Shown: positions 32,662 to 40,786 of the stretch, one piece after another
How the letters are laid out: every line of letters begins with the position of its first letter
Numbering within the stretch: the stretch's first letter is position 1
Translations under genes and position numbers: made by a program
Notes under the pieces: model-generated
Database searches by the model: none
The model's input: the letters and a program-made list of their open reading frames with translations, nothing else
Told to the model about the DNA's origin: nothing
Assembly: GCA_028293175.1 (NCBI GenBank)
Contig: JAQGPI010000620.1
Span: 1-40,786, forward strand
Direction: 5' to 3'
From: Verrucomicrobiaceae bacterium
GTDB lineage: Bacteria > Verrucomicrobiota > Verrucomicrobiia > Verrucomicrobiales > Verrucomicrobiaceae
Length of the DNA stretch: 40,786 bases

Positions 32662-35187
32662 TCAAGTATCCGTCGAAGCCGTCTCAATGGTCGGCGCTTG
32701 ATCAGCAGCCTGAGCAGAGAATTTCAGGCTCTTCTTGTCTTCATCCAGGGTGATGGTGACAAAGTCGCCTTCCTTAATGTCGCCGCGCAACAGGTGCTCT
32801 GCGAAGGGGTTTTCGATGTTCTGCTCCACGGCACGGCGCATTGGGCGCGCACCATATTGAGGATCGAAACCTTCCTTCATCAAGAACTCGCGAGCTGCAT
32901 CATCCAGGCGGATGCTGATCTTCTTGTTCTTGATGCGGGCGGCGACCTTACTGACTTCCAGATCCACGATCCGGTTGAGGTCGGTCTTCTCCAGCATGCG
33001 GAACACGACGATTTCATCCAGACGGTTGATGAACTCCGGCTTGAACCACTTCTTGGCGGCGTCCATGACCTTGCCCTTCATGCTGCCATGATCGGCAGAA
33101 TCCTGGGTCATCGCGACGAAGCCGAGCGAGGTCTGGCGCTTGATGCTTTCAGCCCCCACGTTGGAGGTCATGATGACGATCGTGTTCCGGAAGTCGATCT
33201 TGCGGCCGAAGTTGTCGGTCACGGTGCCTTCTTCCAAAATCTGGAGCATCAGATGCATCACATCCGGATGGGCCTTCTCGATTTCATCGAAGAGAACCAC
33301 GGAGTAGGGACGACGGCGCACGGCTTCGGAGAGCTGACCACCTTCTTCGTAACCGACATATCCGGGAGGCGCCCCAATCAGACGGCTGGCGGTGTGCTTC
33401 TCCATATACTCGGACATATCGATCTGGATCAAGGCATCGGCAGTGCCGAACATAAATTCAGCAAGGTTCTTGGCCAGGAAGGTCTTACCCACGCCCGTTG
33501 GGCCCAGGAAGATGAACGAGCCAATCGGACGGCGTGGATCCTTGAGATCTGCACGCGAACGACGCAGCGCCCTGCTGATTGCAATGACGGCTTCCTCCTG
33601 ACCGATGACGCGCTTCTTGAGCTCTTCCTCCATCCTGAGAAGCTTCTCGGTTTCGGCCTGCTCCATGCGCTGGAGAGGCACGCCGGTCCACTTCGAGATG
33701 ACGGACATCATCTCTTCCTCACCGACTTCGACGATGCGCTCGGAGTTGTTCGCACGCCACGTCTCAAGAGTGTCATCATAACGCTTCTTGGCATTCTTTT
33801 CCTTGTCGCGCAGGGCGGCGGCCTTTTCGAAATCCTGCTCCTTGATCGAGGTTTCCTTCTCGATGCGAATAGCATCGATTTCGCCTTCGATTTCCTTGAG
33901 CACAGGCGGACGCGTCATGGCACCGATGCGGGCCTTGGAGCCAGCTTCGTCCATGATGTCGATGGCCTTGTCAGGCAGGAAACGCGCGGGCAGGTAGCGC
34001 GAACTGAGCTGAACGGCGGACTCGATGGCCTTGTCGGAGTAATGCGCCTTGTGGTGCAGCTCGTACTTGCCCTTCAGTCCCATCAGAATCTTGATTGCAT
34101 CATCAACGGACGGCTCCTCGACCTTGACGGTCTGGAAGCGGCGCTCGAGGGCGGCATCCTTCTCGATGTACTTGCGGTACTCATTCAGGGTGGTAGCACC
34201 GACGCACTGGAGTTCGCCGCGGCTGAGAGCCGGCTTGATGATATTGGAGGCATCCATCGCGCCTTCGGCGGAACCGGCACCCACGATGGTGTGCAGTTCG
34301 TCGATGAACAGGATGACGTTCTTGGTGCGACGAATCTCGTCCATCACCGCCTTGATGCGCTCCTCGAACTGACCGCGATACTTGGTGCCGGCGACCATGA
34401 GGGCGAGGTCCAGCGTGATCACTTTCTTGTCGCGCAGGATTTCCGGCACATTGCCGTTGGAAATTTCCTGCGCGAGACCCTCCACGATGGCAGTCTTGCC
34501 CACACCGGCTTCACCGATGAGCACAGGATTGTTCTTGGTGCGGCGGCAAAGGATCTGAATGACGCGAGCAATTTCTTCCGTACGGCCGATTACCGGATCG
34601 AGCTCGTTTTTCTGAGCCAGTTCCGTGAGGTCGCGACCGAAGGCCTTCAACGCCGGAGTCTTGGACTCCTTCTGAGCGCGGCCTGGGCTGACGGGCTGGC
34701 CATCCTCTTCTTCCTCTTCCTCGCTTTCGCCGCCTTCGGCCGAACTGAAGTTGGGATCTAGCTCGCGCAGGATTTCGTTGCGAGCCTTGTCGAGATTGAT
34801 GTCCAGATTGCGCAGGACCTGGGCAGCAACGCCTTCACCTTCGCGAAGCAGGCCCAGCAGAATATGCTCGGTGCCTACATAGCTATGGTTGAGCTGCTTG
34901 GCTTCCTTCGAAGCCAGGGCCAGCACCTTTTTCACTCGGGGGGTATAAGGGATGTTGCCGACCATCTTGGTCTCAGGGCCGGAGCCGACCTGCTGCTCCA
35001 CCTGCATGCGCACGGTGTCGAGGTCGAGACCCAGCTTTTGCAACACATTGACGGCGACGCCCTGCCCCAGCTTGATCAGGCCAAGCAAGATGTGCTCGGT
35101 ACCGACATAGTTGTGGTTGAAACGGTCTGCCTCCTTCCTGGCAAGGGCCAGGACTTGCTGTGCGCGTGGGGTAAAATTATTCATCAT
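32662..35187 (-). CDS. clpC: ATP-dependent Clp protease ATP-binding subunit ClpC
   Basis: 841 aa. Two Clp_N repeats ([10 protein letters not shown] twice), Walker A1 [18 protein letters not shown] motif [16 protein letters not shown], and Walker A2 [15 protein letters not shown]. Confidence 0.97.
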   Translation of the reverse strand: MMNNFTPRAQQVLALARKEADRFNHNYVGTEHILLGLIKLGQGVAVNVLQKLGLDLDTVRMQVEQQVGSGPETKMVGNIPYTPRVKKVLALASKEAKQLNHSYVGTEHILLGLLREGEGVAAQVLRNLDINLDKARNEILRELDPNFSSAEGGESEEEEEEDGQPVSPGRAQKESKTPALKAFGRDLTELAQKNELDPVIGRTEEIARVIQILCRRTKNNPVLIGEAGVGKTAIVEGLAQEISNGNVPEILRDKKVITLDLALMVAGTKYRGQFEERIKAVMDEIRRTKNVILFIDELHTIVGAGSAEGAMDASNIIKPALSRGELQCVGATTLNEYRKYIEKDAALERRFQTVKVEEPSVDDAIKILMGLKGKYELHHKAHYSDKAIESAVQLSSRYLPARFLPDKAIDIMDEAGSKARIGAMTRPPVLKEIEGEIDAIRIEKETSIKEQDFEKAAALRDKEKNAKKRYDDTLETWRANNSERIVEVGEEEMMSVISKWTGVPLQRMEQAETEKLLRMEEELKKRVIGQEEAVIAISRALRRSRADLKDPRRPIGSFIFLGPTGVGKTFLAKNLAEFMFGTADALIQIDMSEYMEKHTASRLIGAPPGYVGYEEGGQLSEAVRRRPYSVVLFDEIEKAHPDVMHLMLQILEEGTVTDNFGRKIDFRNTIVIMTSNVGAESIKRQTSLGFVAMTQDSADHGSMKGKVMDAAKKWFKPEFINRLDEIVVFRMLEKTDLNRIVDLEVSKVAARIKNKKISIRLDDAAREFLMKEGFDPQYGARPMRRAVEQNIENPFAEHLLRGDIKEGDFVTITLDEDKKSLKFSAQAADQAPTIETASTDT

Positions 35188-36310
35188 TTTGATCTGGTTT
35201 GATGGCGTCCGAATCGGGCGAAGACTGTTCCAATTGAGTAACGGTAGTAGGCCCGTTCACAGAATGCAAACGACGGCGCGTTATTTCCGCCCTCATTTCA
35301 TCCCGTTCTTCGGGAGAAAGTTCACGCATGGCGCGCAGTTGCAGGTGCGCTGGCTGGATTTCCAGCAGCAGCAGGTCGATCACGCTGCGGTCGCAGTCCG
35401 CGATCAGGTCCATGTCCGCCCCCAGGCGCAACATGGAGAGAAGGTTCAGCGCCTCCTTCGAATTAAGAATATGTGCGTGGCGCAGGATGGCATAGGCGCG
35501 ACCCACCTGATCCTCCAGCATGGTGCGATGATCTTCACGCAGCTTCACCCGCGCGTTCTGTTCGTTGCGCACGACGCTTTCGATCACCCGTTCGATCTGC
35601 TGGATGATCTCGCCTTCCTTCTCGCCGAGCGTGTGCTGATTAGAGACCTGGAACAAATTGCCCAGTGCCTCGGTGCCTTCACCGTAGAGACCACGTACGG
35701 CGAGACCGATCTTGTTCACCGCCTTCATTACCTGGCTTACCTGATCGGTCAGCACCAGGGCGGGCAGATGCATCATCACGGACGCACGCATGCCAGTTCC
35801 CAAATTGGTAGGGCAGGCCGTCAAATAGCCGAGACGGGAATCAAATGCATAAGGAAGCTGGCCTTCCAATTCAGAGTCCACTTTGTCCACTAGATCAAAG
35901 GCACCGCGCAGGGCAAGACCAGGTCGGATGCCCTGAATGCGGAAATGATCCTCCTCGTTGATCATGATGGAGAGGTTCTGCTTGCGATCCACCACCAGCG
36001 CGCAGCCAGTAGACCGGGCCGCATGTTCGCGGCTGATGATGTGGCGCTCCACCAGCACCTGTTTCTTGATCTTGCTCAGCGTCCCGTAGTCCTCGCTGTA
36101 GCCGTCCTTCATTTCAGGCAAAGACTCGACCATGGGCCGGGCCATGCCCAGCATGTCCGTCCGCTGCTTTTCCTGGCTCCAACCGGGAAAAGGATAACCA
36201 CGCAGGTTGCGGGCGAGGCGCACGCGGCTTGTCATCACGACATCGGAATGCGGTCCGCTGCCGCGCATCCAGTCGGCGGGGTTCTTAATGAGAGTGGCGA
36301 AACGCATCAT
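35177..36310 (-). CDS. mcsB: protein arginine kinase McsB
   Basis: 377 aa. Guanido-kinase signature [20 protein letters not shown]. Also [14 protein letters not shown] and [10 protein letters not shown]. It overlaps the clpC start by 11 nt. Confidence 0.93.
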   Translation of the reverse strand: MMRFATLIKNPADWMRGSGPHSDVVMTSRVRLARNLRGYPFPGWSQEKQRTDMLGMARPMVESLPEMKDGYSEDYGTLSKIKKQVLVERHIISREHAARSTGCALVVDRKQNLSIMINEEDHFRIQGIRPGLALRGAFDLVDKVDSELEGQLPYAFDSRLGYLTACPTNLGTGMRASVMMHLPALVLTDQVSQVMKAVNKIGLAVRGLYGEGTEALGNLFQVSNQHTLGEKEGEIIQQIERVIESVVRNEQNARVKLREDHRTMLEDQVGRAYAILRHAHILNSKEALNLLSMLRLGADMDLIADCDRSVIDLLLLEIQPAHLQLRAMRELSPEERDEMRAEITRRRLHSVNGPTTVTQLEQSSPDSDAIKPDQNDE

Positions 36311-36453
36311 GGGCTTTGAAGTTAATACGGCTGAGAGTTCATTCAGGGAGCAGAGATTGCACCGGAGCGCAAATGATCTCCATGAACAGCTCTATCCCAG
36401 CTTATCAACCCCGGCAGCCCAAACGCACCTCGGTCCTCTTAATGCTCGTCGCC

Positions 36454-37149
36454 CTACCTCGACCAGCTTTCTTTCCGCACCGCGCTTCCCATGTACCTCA
36501 TAAACCATGCCGCATTGAGCTGAGCCACCTGCTTCAACTTGCCCGCCTCTTTGAAAAGGTGGGAAGCACCGGGGAGTATCCGCAGATCTCTTCTCCAGCG
36601 CATGTGCTCATAGGCCTCCTGATTAATATCCACCAGCACATCGTCATTGCCGCCCACAATCAACAGCGTGGGAGCGCGCACCTTGTACAGGGCCTCTCCA
36701 GCCAGATCGGGCCGGCCACCACGCGAGACAATGGCGGAAATACGCCCATCCAATTCCACCGCCGCCATGATGGCCGCAGCCGTGCCTGTACCAGAGGCAG
36801 CAAAACCTGTTTCAAGGGCGCGGGTATGAGGATGTCTCTCCAGCCAGCGCACCACTCCCGTGAGCCGCTTGGCCAGCAGCTCGATGTCAAAGCGCCGCAC
36901 GCCAGTGACAGTAGCTCGCTTTTGTTCCTCCGGTGTCAGCAGGTCCACCAGCAAGGTGCCTAGACCAGCCTCGGCGATCTCTTCAGCGATGGCTTGATTT
37001 CGTGGGCTATGGCGGCTGCTGTTGGCAAAGACGACGACACCAGCAGCTTCTTCAGGAAGATGAAGTTCACCTTCCAACAGTGCGTTGCCCACCGGGATGT
37101 GAGCAAGCTGGTTAAGCGTTTCGAGGGAGTCTTCGGGAAGGAATGTCAT
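36454..37149 (-). CDS. dienelactone hydrolase-family alpha/beta hydrolase
   Basis: 231 aa. Motifs HSPRNQAIAEE, TLLVDLLTPEE, GFAASGTGTAAAI (nucleophile-elbow region) and VSRGGRPDLAG...APTLLIVGGNDD. Confidence 0.8.
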   Translation of the reverse strand: MTFLPEDSLETLNQLAHIPVGNALLEGELHLPEEAAGVVVFANSSRHSPRNQAIAEEIAEAGLGTLLVDLLTPEEQKRATVTGVRRFDIELLAKRLTGVVRWLERHPHTRALETGFAASGTGTAAAIMAAVELDGRISAIVSRGGRPDLAGEALYKVRAPTLLIVGGNDDVLVDINQEAYEHMRWRRDLRILPGASHLFKEAGKLKQVAQLNAAWFMRYMGSAVRKESWSR

Positions 37150-37283
37150 GGCGTTTTAAATGATTCGATTTCGCTGCCGCCATGGATGTATGATTTTGTA
37201 TTTGGGTGTCTCCCACGTTTCGAAATCCATTGTCATTTTCGGAGAAACTGCCCCTCTGGAACCGTTGAACAAGACCCTCATCC

Positions 37284-39920
37284 ATGAAACCTCCATCCCT
37301 TCTCGCGCCTGTCTGTTCCCTCTGCCTGATGGCGACATGGCTTCATGCCAAATCTCCAGCGCCAGTGGAGGAACAAAACGGCATGAAGGTCGGTGTGCAG
37401 GCGGATGGCAGGATTCTCGTGCCTACCAATCAAATCCTGCATCCCGCCGGAACCCAGATCACCTTTCCCGGCAGGCCGGTGGATCTCGTCTTGTCAGACG
37501 ACGGTGAAACTCTGATCGTCAAGAATTCCGGCGACCTTGTCTTCATCGATGTTGCGAAGGCAAGGGTCGTTGACGTCCTTACGCTGGTTAAAAAGAAAAT
37601 CGGCGAGTCCATTGAAATGGGCAAGATATACACCGGCATGAGCGTCACCGGACTCGCTGCCACTAGGGACAGGATCTTTGCCACCAGCTCCAAGGATGCG
37701 CTGATGGTGGCAGACAAGCAGGCGGCGGGCGGTTACAAATGGACAAAATCGGTCACCATTCCCAATGCCGAGGTCGGCGGTGCGCCCCATCCCGCAGGCT
37801 TGTGCTTGATAGATAATGATACACTGTGGGTGACCGCCACGCGCGGCAACTGCGTCCACCGCCTGGATCTGGGGAAAGGCGTTATCAGCGCCACCGTGCC
37901 CACCGGCATTGCGCCCTTCACGGTCTGCGCTCCGCTGCCCGGCAAGCTCTATGTCAGCAACTGGGGCGGTGATGCGCCGAAGCCGACGGACCCACAGGCG
38001 GACAGTGCCAAATCCATGGTGCGGATCGATCCGCGCACCTCCGTGGCCAATGACGGCACCGTCTCCGTGCTGGCACTTCAAGACGGGAGCTGGAAGAACG
38101 TGAAAAGCATCACCGTGGGCCTGCATCCCAGCGGCATGATCGCCAGCCAGAAGGGCGGGCTTGTATTTGTTGCCAATGCTAGCAGCGACACTGTATCAGT
38201 GATCGATACGGTGGCTGATGAGGTGGTGGAAACCATCTCCACCCGGCCTGAAGGACGCCTGCCCTTCGGCAGCGGCACCAATGCGCTCGCTCTGAGCCCG
38301 GATGGTGACACTTTGTATGTAGCCAACGGCACCAACAACTGCCTCGCCGTCGTTACCCTGGGCCCCAAGGCGCGCGAGGTCGCGGTCGCCGGCACGCCAT
38401 CCACCAGCGTGGTACGCGGCCTGATTCCCACCGGCTGGTATCCCGGTGCCATTCGCGTGTCGCCGGACGGCAAACGTCTTTTCGTGGCCAACATCAAAGG
38501 CCATGGTGGATTGGCGGCCCTGCGCGAGAAGGAGAAAGGCAGGGCCAGCGGCGACTTCCTGGGTTCGGTTTCGATCATCGAAACACCCAATGAAGCACAG
38601 CTTGCCAAATACACGGCTGAAGTGAACTCCAACAACCGGCTGGCCCTAAGTCTGGCGGGCATGGAGCCTGCCCGTGAAAAGGCGGCTCCTGTGCCCGTGC
38701 CGGAGCGCCACGGCGAACCTTCTGTGTTCAAGCACGTGCTTTATGTCATCCGCGAAAACAAGACCTATGACCAGGTGTTTGGCGATGTGAAGCAGGGCGA
38801 TGGGGACGAAAGCCTGTGCATCTTCGGTGAAAAAGTCACGCCCAACGCCCATGCGCTAGCGCGGGAGTTCACTCTCTTCGACAACTTCTATTGCAGCGGA
38901 GCCAAGAGTCCCGACGGGCATTCGTGGGTGAACGAGGCGTATGTTACCGATTATCTCGAGCGCTCCTTCGGCGGCTTCACCCGCAGCTATCCTTATGAAG
39001 GCAGCGATGCCCTGGCCTTCGCGCCCACCGGCTTCCTGTGGGACAATGCGCTGGCGCACAAGCTGCCGTTTCGCAATTACGGCGAGTTCTGCAAGAGCAC
39101 CTACACGCCTAAAGGAGTCAAATGGACGGACGTGTACGCGGACTACAAGAACGGCACCCACACCGTTCAAGCGAAGGTCGAGCCCAACATGCAGTCGCTG
39201 GTGCCTTACACTCATCCCACCTGGCCCGGCTTCCCTTTGCACACGCCAGACGTGTACCGCGCCATGCTCTTCCGCGAGGAGCTTGCTCGCTATGAAAAGG
39301 AAGGCAGCTTCCCCAGCCTCCTCTATGTCTTTCTGCCCCAAGATCATACCTCCGGCACCACGCCCGGATATCCGACGCCGCGCGCGATGGTAGCTGATAA
39401 TGATCAAGGGCTGGGCGAGATCGTGGAAGCTGTGACCAAAAGCAGATTCTGGCCGGAGACTTGCATCTTCGTGGTGCAGGATGATCCTCAGAGCGGCTAC
39501 GACCATGTGGACGGTCATCGGACGATCGCCCTTGCCATCAGCCCGTACACCCGGCGGCAGCACGTGGACCATACCACCTACACCCAGACTGGCATGGTGA
39601 AAACCATCGAGCTCATCCTGGGCCTGCCGCCGATGAACCAGCTCGACCTCTCCGCCACTGCCATGCGCGAATGTTTTGCGGCAAAAGCCGATCTGACCCC
39701 CTACCAGGCCCGCCCTGCCCAGGTCCCGTTGAACGAAATGAACCCGCCGTTAAGCAAGCTCAAGGGCACGGCCTTGAAATGGGCGAAGAAATCCCTCGAA
39801 CTCGATTTCGACGAGGAAGATGAAGCTGATGACGACACCCTTAACCGCATCATCTGGCATTCCGTGAAGGGCAGCCAGCCTTATCCGGAACGTTGGGTTG
39901 TGCGGGATGATGATGATTGA
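37284..39920 (+). CDS. secreted bifunctional YncE-like beta-propeller / phosphoesterase-family (AcpA/PLC-type) protein
   Basis: 878 aa with a signal peptide. YVTN-type repeats (LVFVANASSDTVSVID, LSPDGDTLYVANGTNN, VSPDGKRLFVAN). The C-terminal half has VLYVIRENKTYDQVFGD and FDNFYCSGAKSPDGHSW. Confidence 0.85.
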   Translation: MKPPSLLAPVCSLCLMATWLHAKSPAPVEEQNGMKVGVQADGRILVPTNQILHPAGTQITFPGRPVDLVLSDDGETLIVKNSGDLVFIDVAKARVVDVLTLVKKKIGESIEMGKIYTGMSVTGLAATRDRIFATSSKDALMVADKQAAGGYKWTKSVTIPNAEVGGAPHPAGLCLIDNDTLWVTATRGNCVHRLDLGKGVISATVPTGIAPFTVCAPLPGKLYVSNWGGDAPKPTDPQADSAKSMVRIDPRTSVANDGTVSVLALQDGSWKNVKSITVGLHPSGMIASQKGGLVFVANASSDTVSVIDTVADEVVETISTRPEGRLPFGSGTNALALSPDGDTLYVANGTNNCLAVVTLGPKAREVAVAGTPSTSVVRGLIPTGWYPGAIRVSPDGKRLFVANIKGHGGLAALREKEKGRASGDFLGSVSIIETPNEAQLAKYTAEVNSNNRLALSLAGMEPAREKAAPVPVPERHGEPSVFKHVLYVIRENKTYDQVFGDVKQGDGDESLCIFGEKVTPNAHALAREFTLFDNFYCSGAKSPDGHSWVNEAYVTDYLERSFGGFTRSYPYEGSDALAFAPTGFLWDNALAHKLPFRNYGEFCKSTYTPKGVKWTDVYADYKNGTHTVQAKVEPNMQSLVPYTHPTWPGFPLHTPDVYRAMLFREELARYEKEGSFPSLLYVFLPQDHTSGTTPGYPTPRAMVADNDQGLGEIVEAVTKSRFWPETCIFVVQDDPQSGYDHVDGHRTIALAISPYTRRQHVDHTTYTQTGMVKTIELILGLPPMNQLDLSATAMRECFAAKADLTPYQARPAQVPLNEMNPPLSKLKGTALKWAKKSLELDFDEEDEADDDTLNRIIWHSVKGSQPYPERWVVRDDDD

Positions 39921-40032
39921 TGGTTATAAAAGGCGGACATGGTTCCACCGACGGCATTGCCGTTTTCAGTACGTCCTTCCCGAGAGCGGTGGAGTGACCC
40001 TTTCGGCCCAATAATTCAAGTGTGTGTGCGCA

Positions 40033-40067
40033 ACCCCTTCCCGGCAACGCTGCCGCGGAGGGGTTTT
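40033..40067 (+). terminator. rho-independent terminator
   Basis: ccccttcccggcaacgctgccgcggagggg then ttttt. The stem is about 12 bp with two bulges (outer cccct.cc/ggagggg, inner cggca/tgccg) and a 4-nt loop. Confidence 0.75.
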
Positions 40068-40073
40068 TCGCGT

Positions 40074-40786
40074 TCATAGGACGGCTTTCTTGATCTTGCC
40101 GAACTCGCTCCCCAGGAAGCGGTTGGCCAGGGCTTCGAACTGCTCTGAAAAGTCCGTGAGGTGAATCTCCAGCGTCGGCTTGGCCTTGCCCGTGCGCAGT
40201 AGATTGGCGGTTTCGAGCGTGCGCTTCACATGCGCGGCACAAGTGGAGGCCGAGTCCACCAGCCGCACCTTGCTGCCTAGCATGCGCTGAAGCACCGGCA
40301 TCAGCAAAGGGTAGTGCGTACAGCCCAGCACCAGCGTGTCGATGCCCTTGTCGAGCATCGGCTTCAAGTACTCGCGCAGCACCGATTTCAGAGCGGGATG
40401 GTCAATCCAGCCTTCCTCGATGAAGGGCACCAGCAGCGGCGTCGCTTTGCCATCCGTGATCACATCGGGCCGTTGCATGGCAATGGCATGCTGATAGACA
40501 CAACTGCGGATCGTGCCCGCCGTGCCAATGATGCCCACACGCTGCGTGCTGGCATCGGCGAGCGTTGCTTCCACACCTGGCTCCACCACACCGATCACCG
40601 GCATGCGAAAGGTGCTCTGCAAATGCGGCAAGGCATGCGCTGTTGCCGTGTTGCAGGCCACCACCACTGCCTTCACCTGCCGGTTCACCAGGAACTGCGT
40701 ATCCTCCACGGCAAAGCGCCGGATCGTATCCGGCGACTTCGAGCCATAAGGGACCCGCGCCGTATCGCCGAGGTAGATGATCGACT
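40074..40786 (-). CDS. murI: glutamate racemase, 5' end beyond the window
   Basis: Motifs VVVACNTA and LVLGCTHYPLL. The reading frame stays open upstream of the track start (…IIYLGDTARVPYGSKSPDTIRRFAVEDTQF…) to the window edge. Confidence 0.93.
   Translation of the reverse strand, partial: SIIYLGDTARVPYGSKSPDTIRRFAVEDTQFLVNRQVKAVVVACNTATAHALPHLQSTFRMPVIGVVEPGVEATLADASTQRVGIIGTAGTIRSCVYQHAIAMQRPDVITDGKATPLLVPFIEEGWIDHPALKSVLREYLKPMLDKGIDTLVLGCTHYPLLMPVLQRMLGSKVRLVDSASTCAAHVKRTLETANLLRTGKAKPTLEIHLTDFSEQFEALANRFLGSEFGKIKKAVL

Noticed and set aside
32650-34761. 703-aa plus-strand ORF
   Set aside because: It lies fully antisense to clpC. Its composition is low-complexity and rich in Leu, Gly, Asp and His, with no motifs. 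clpC on the other strand has every expected motif. This is a typical shadow ORF of a high-GC gene.
36311-36453. CtsR box or CIRCE operator upstream of mcsB
   Set aside because: I scanned both strands by eye. There is no tandem GGTCAAA-type heptad and no TTAGCACTC-N9-GAGTGCTAA-like inverted repeat.
37494-39572. Minus-strand ORFs 37494..38126, 38078..38731 and 38856..39572
   Set aside because: They are antisense to the 878-aa YncE/phosphoesterase gene. They are rich in Arg, Gly and Ala and have no motifs.
1-40786. CRISPR arrays, rRNA genes, and IS elements or transposases
   Set aside because: There are no regularly spaced direct repeats, no rRNA-like conserved stretches and no DDE or HUH transposase-like ORFs in any frame.

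Overview
The window has two parts.

**Left part (about 1-14383): mosaic accessory region.**
- It ends at a tyrosine integrase (13009-14241, minus) that sits next to a 3' tRNA remnant (T-arm, acceptor strand and CCA, about 14340-14383). This looks like one end of a tRNA-targeted genomic island. The other end is not in the window.
- It contains a same-strand array of small unrelated ORFs that share a conserved junction repeat.
- It contains a Zn alcohol dehydrogenase.
- It contains two intact SRAP (YedK-type) genes and two SRAP fragments.
- A two-gene kinase-like module is bracketed by imperfect direct repeats of the SRAP 3' end.
- It contains a FIST plus hybrid histidine kinase pair and small DUF2158-like and DUF3606-like ORFs.
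- Truncated remnants of a LigD 3'-phosphoesterase and a defence-type reverse transcriptase lie tail to tail.

**Right part (about 14384-40786): mostly housekeeping core.**
- A multiply frameshifted secreted beta-propeller/Calx-beta pseudogene.
- An arsR-SRPBCC pair with a clear palindromic operator.
- A CE4 polysaccharide deacetylase, a dynamin-like GTPase, cdsA and dxr.
- An rsmA(ksgA)-Nudix fusion and proB.
- A TolC/HlyD/ABC (MacAB-like) efflux operon.
- A COG2509-type flavoprotein.
- mcsB-clpC without mcsA or ctsR.
- A dienelactone-hydrolase-like protein, a YncE-propeller/phosphoesterase fusion and partial murI.

I found no rRNA, intact tRNA, CRISPR array or transposase. The gene content suggests a high-GC diderm of the PVC/Verrucomicrobiota type, but that is inference only. 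All family calls rest on motifs read by eye. No database search was run.
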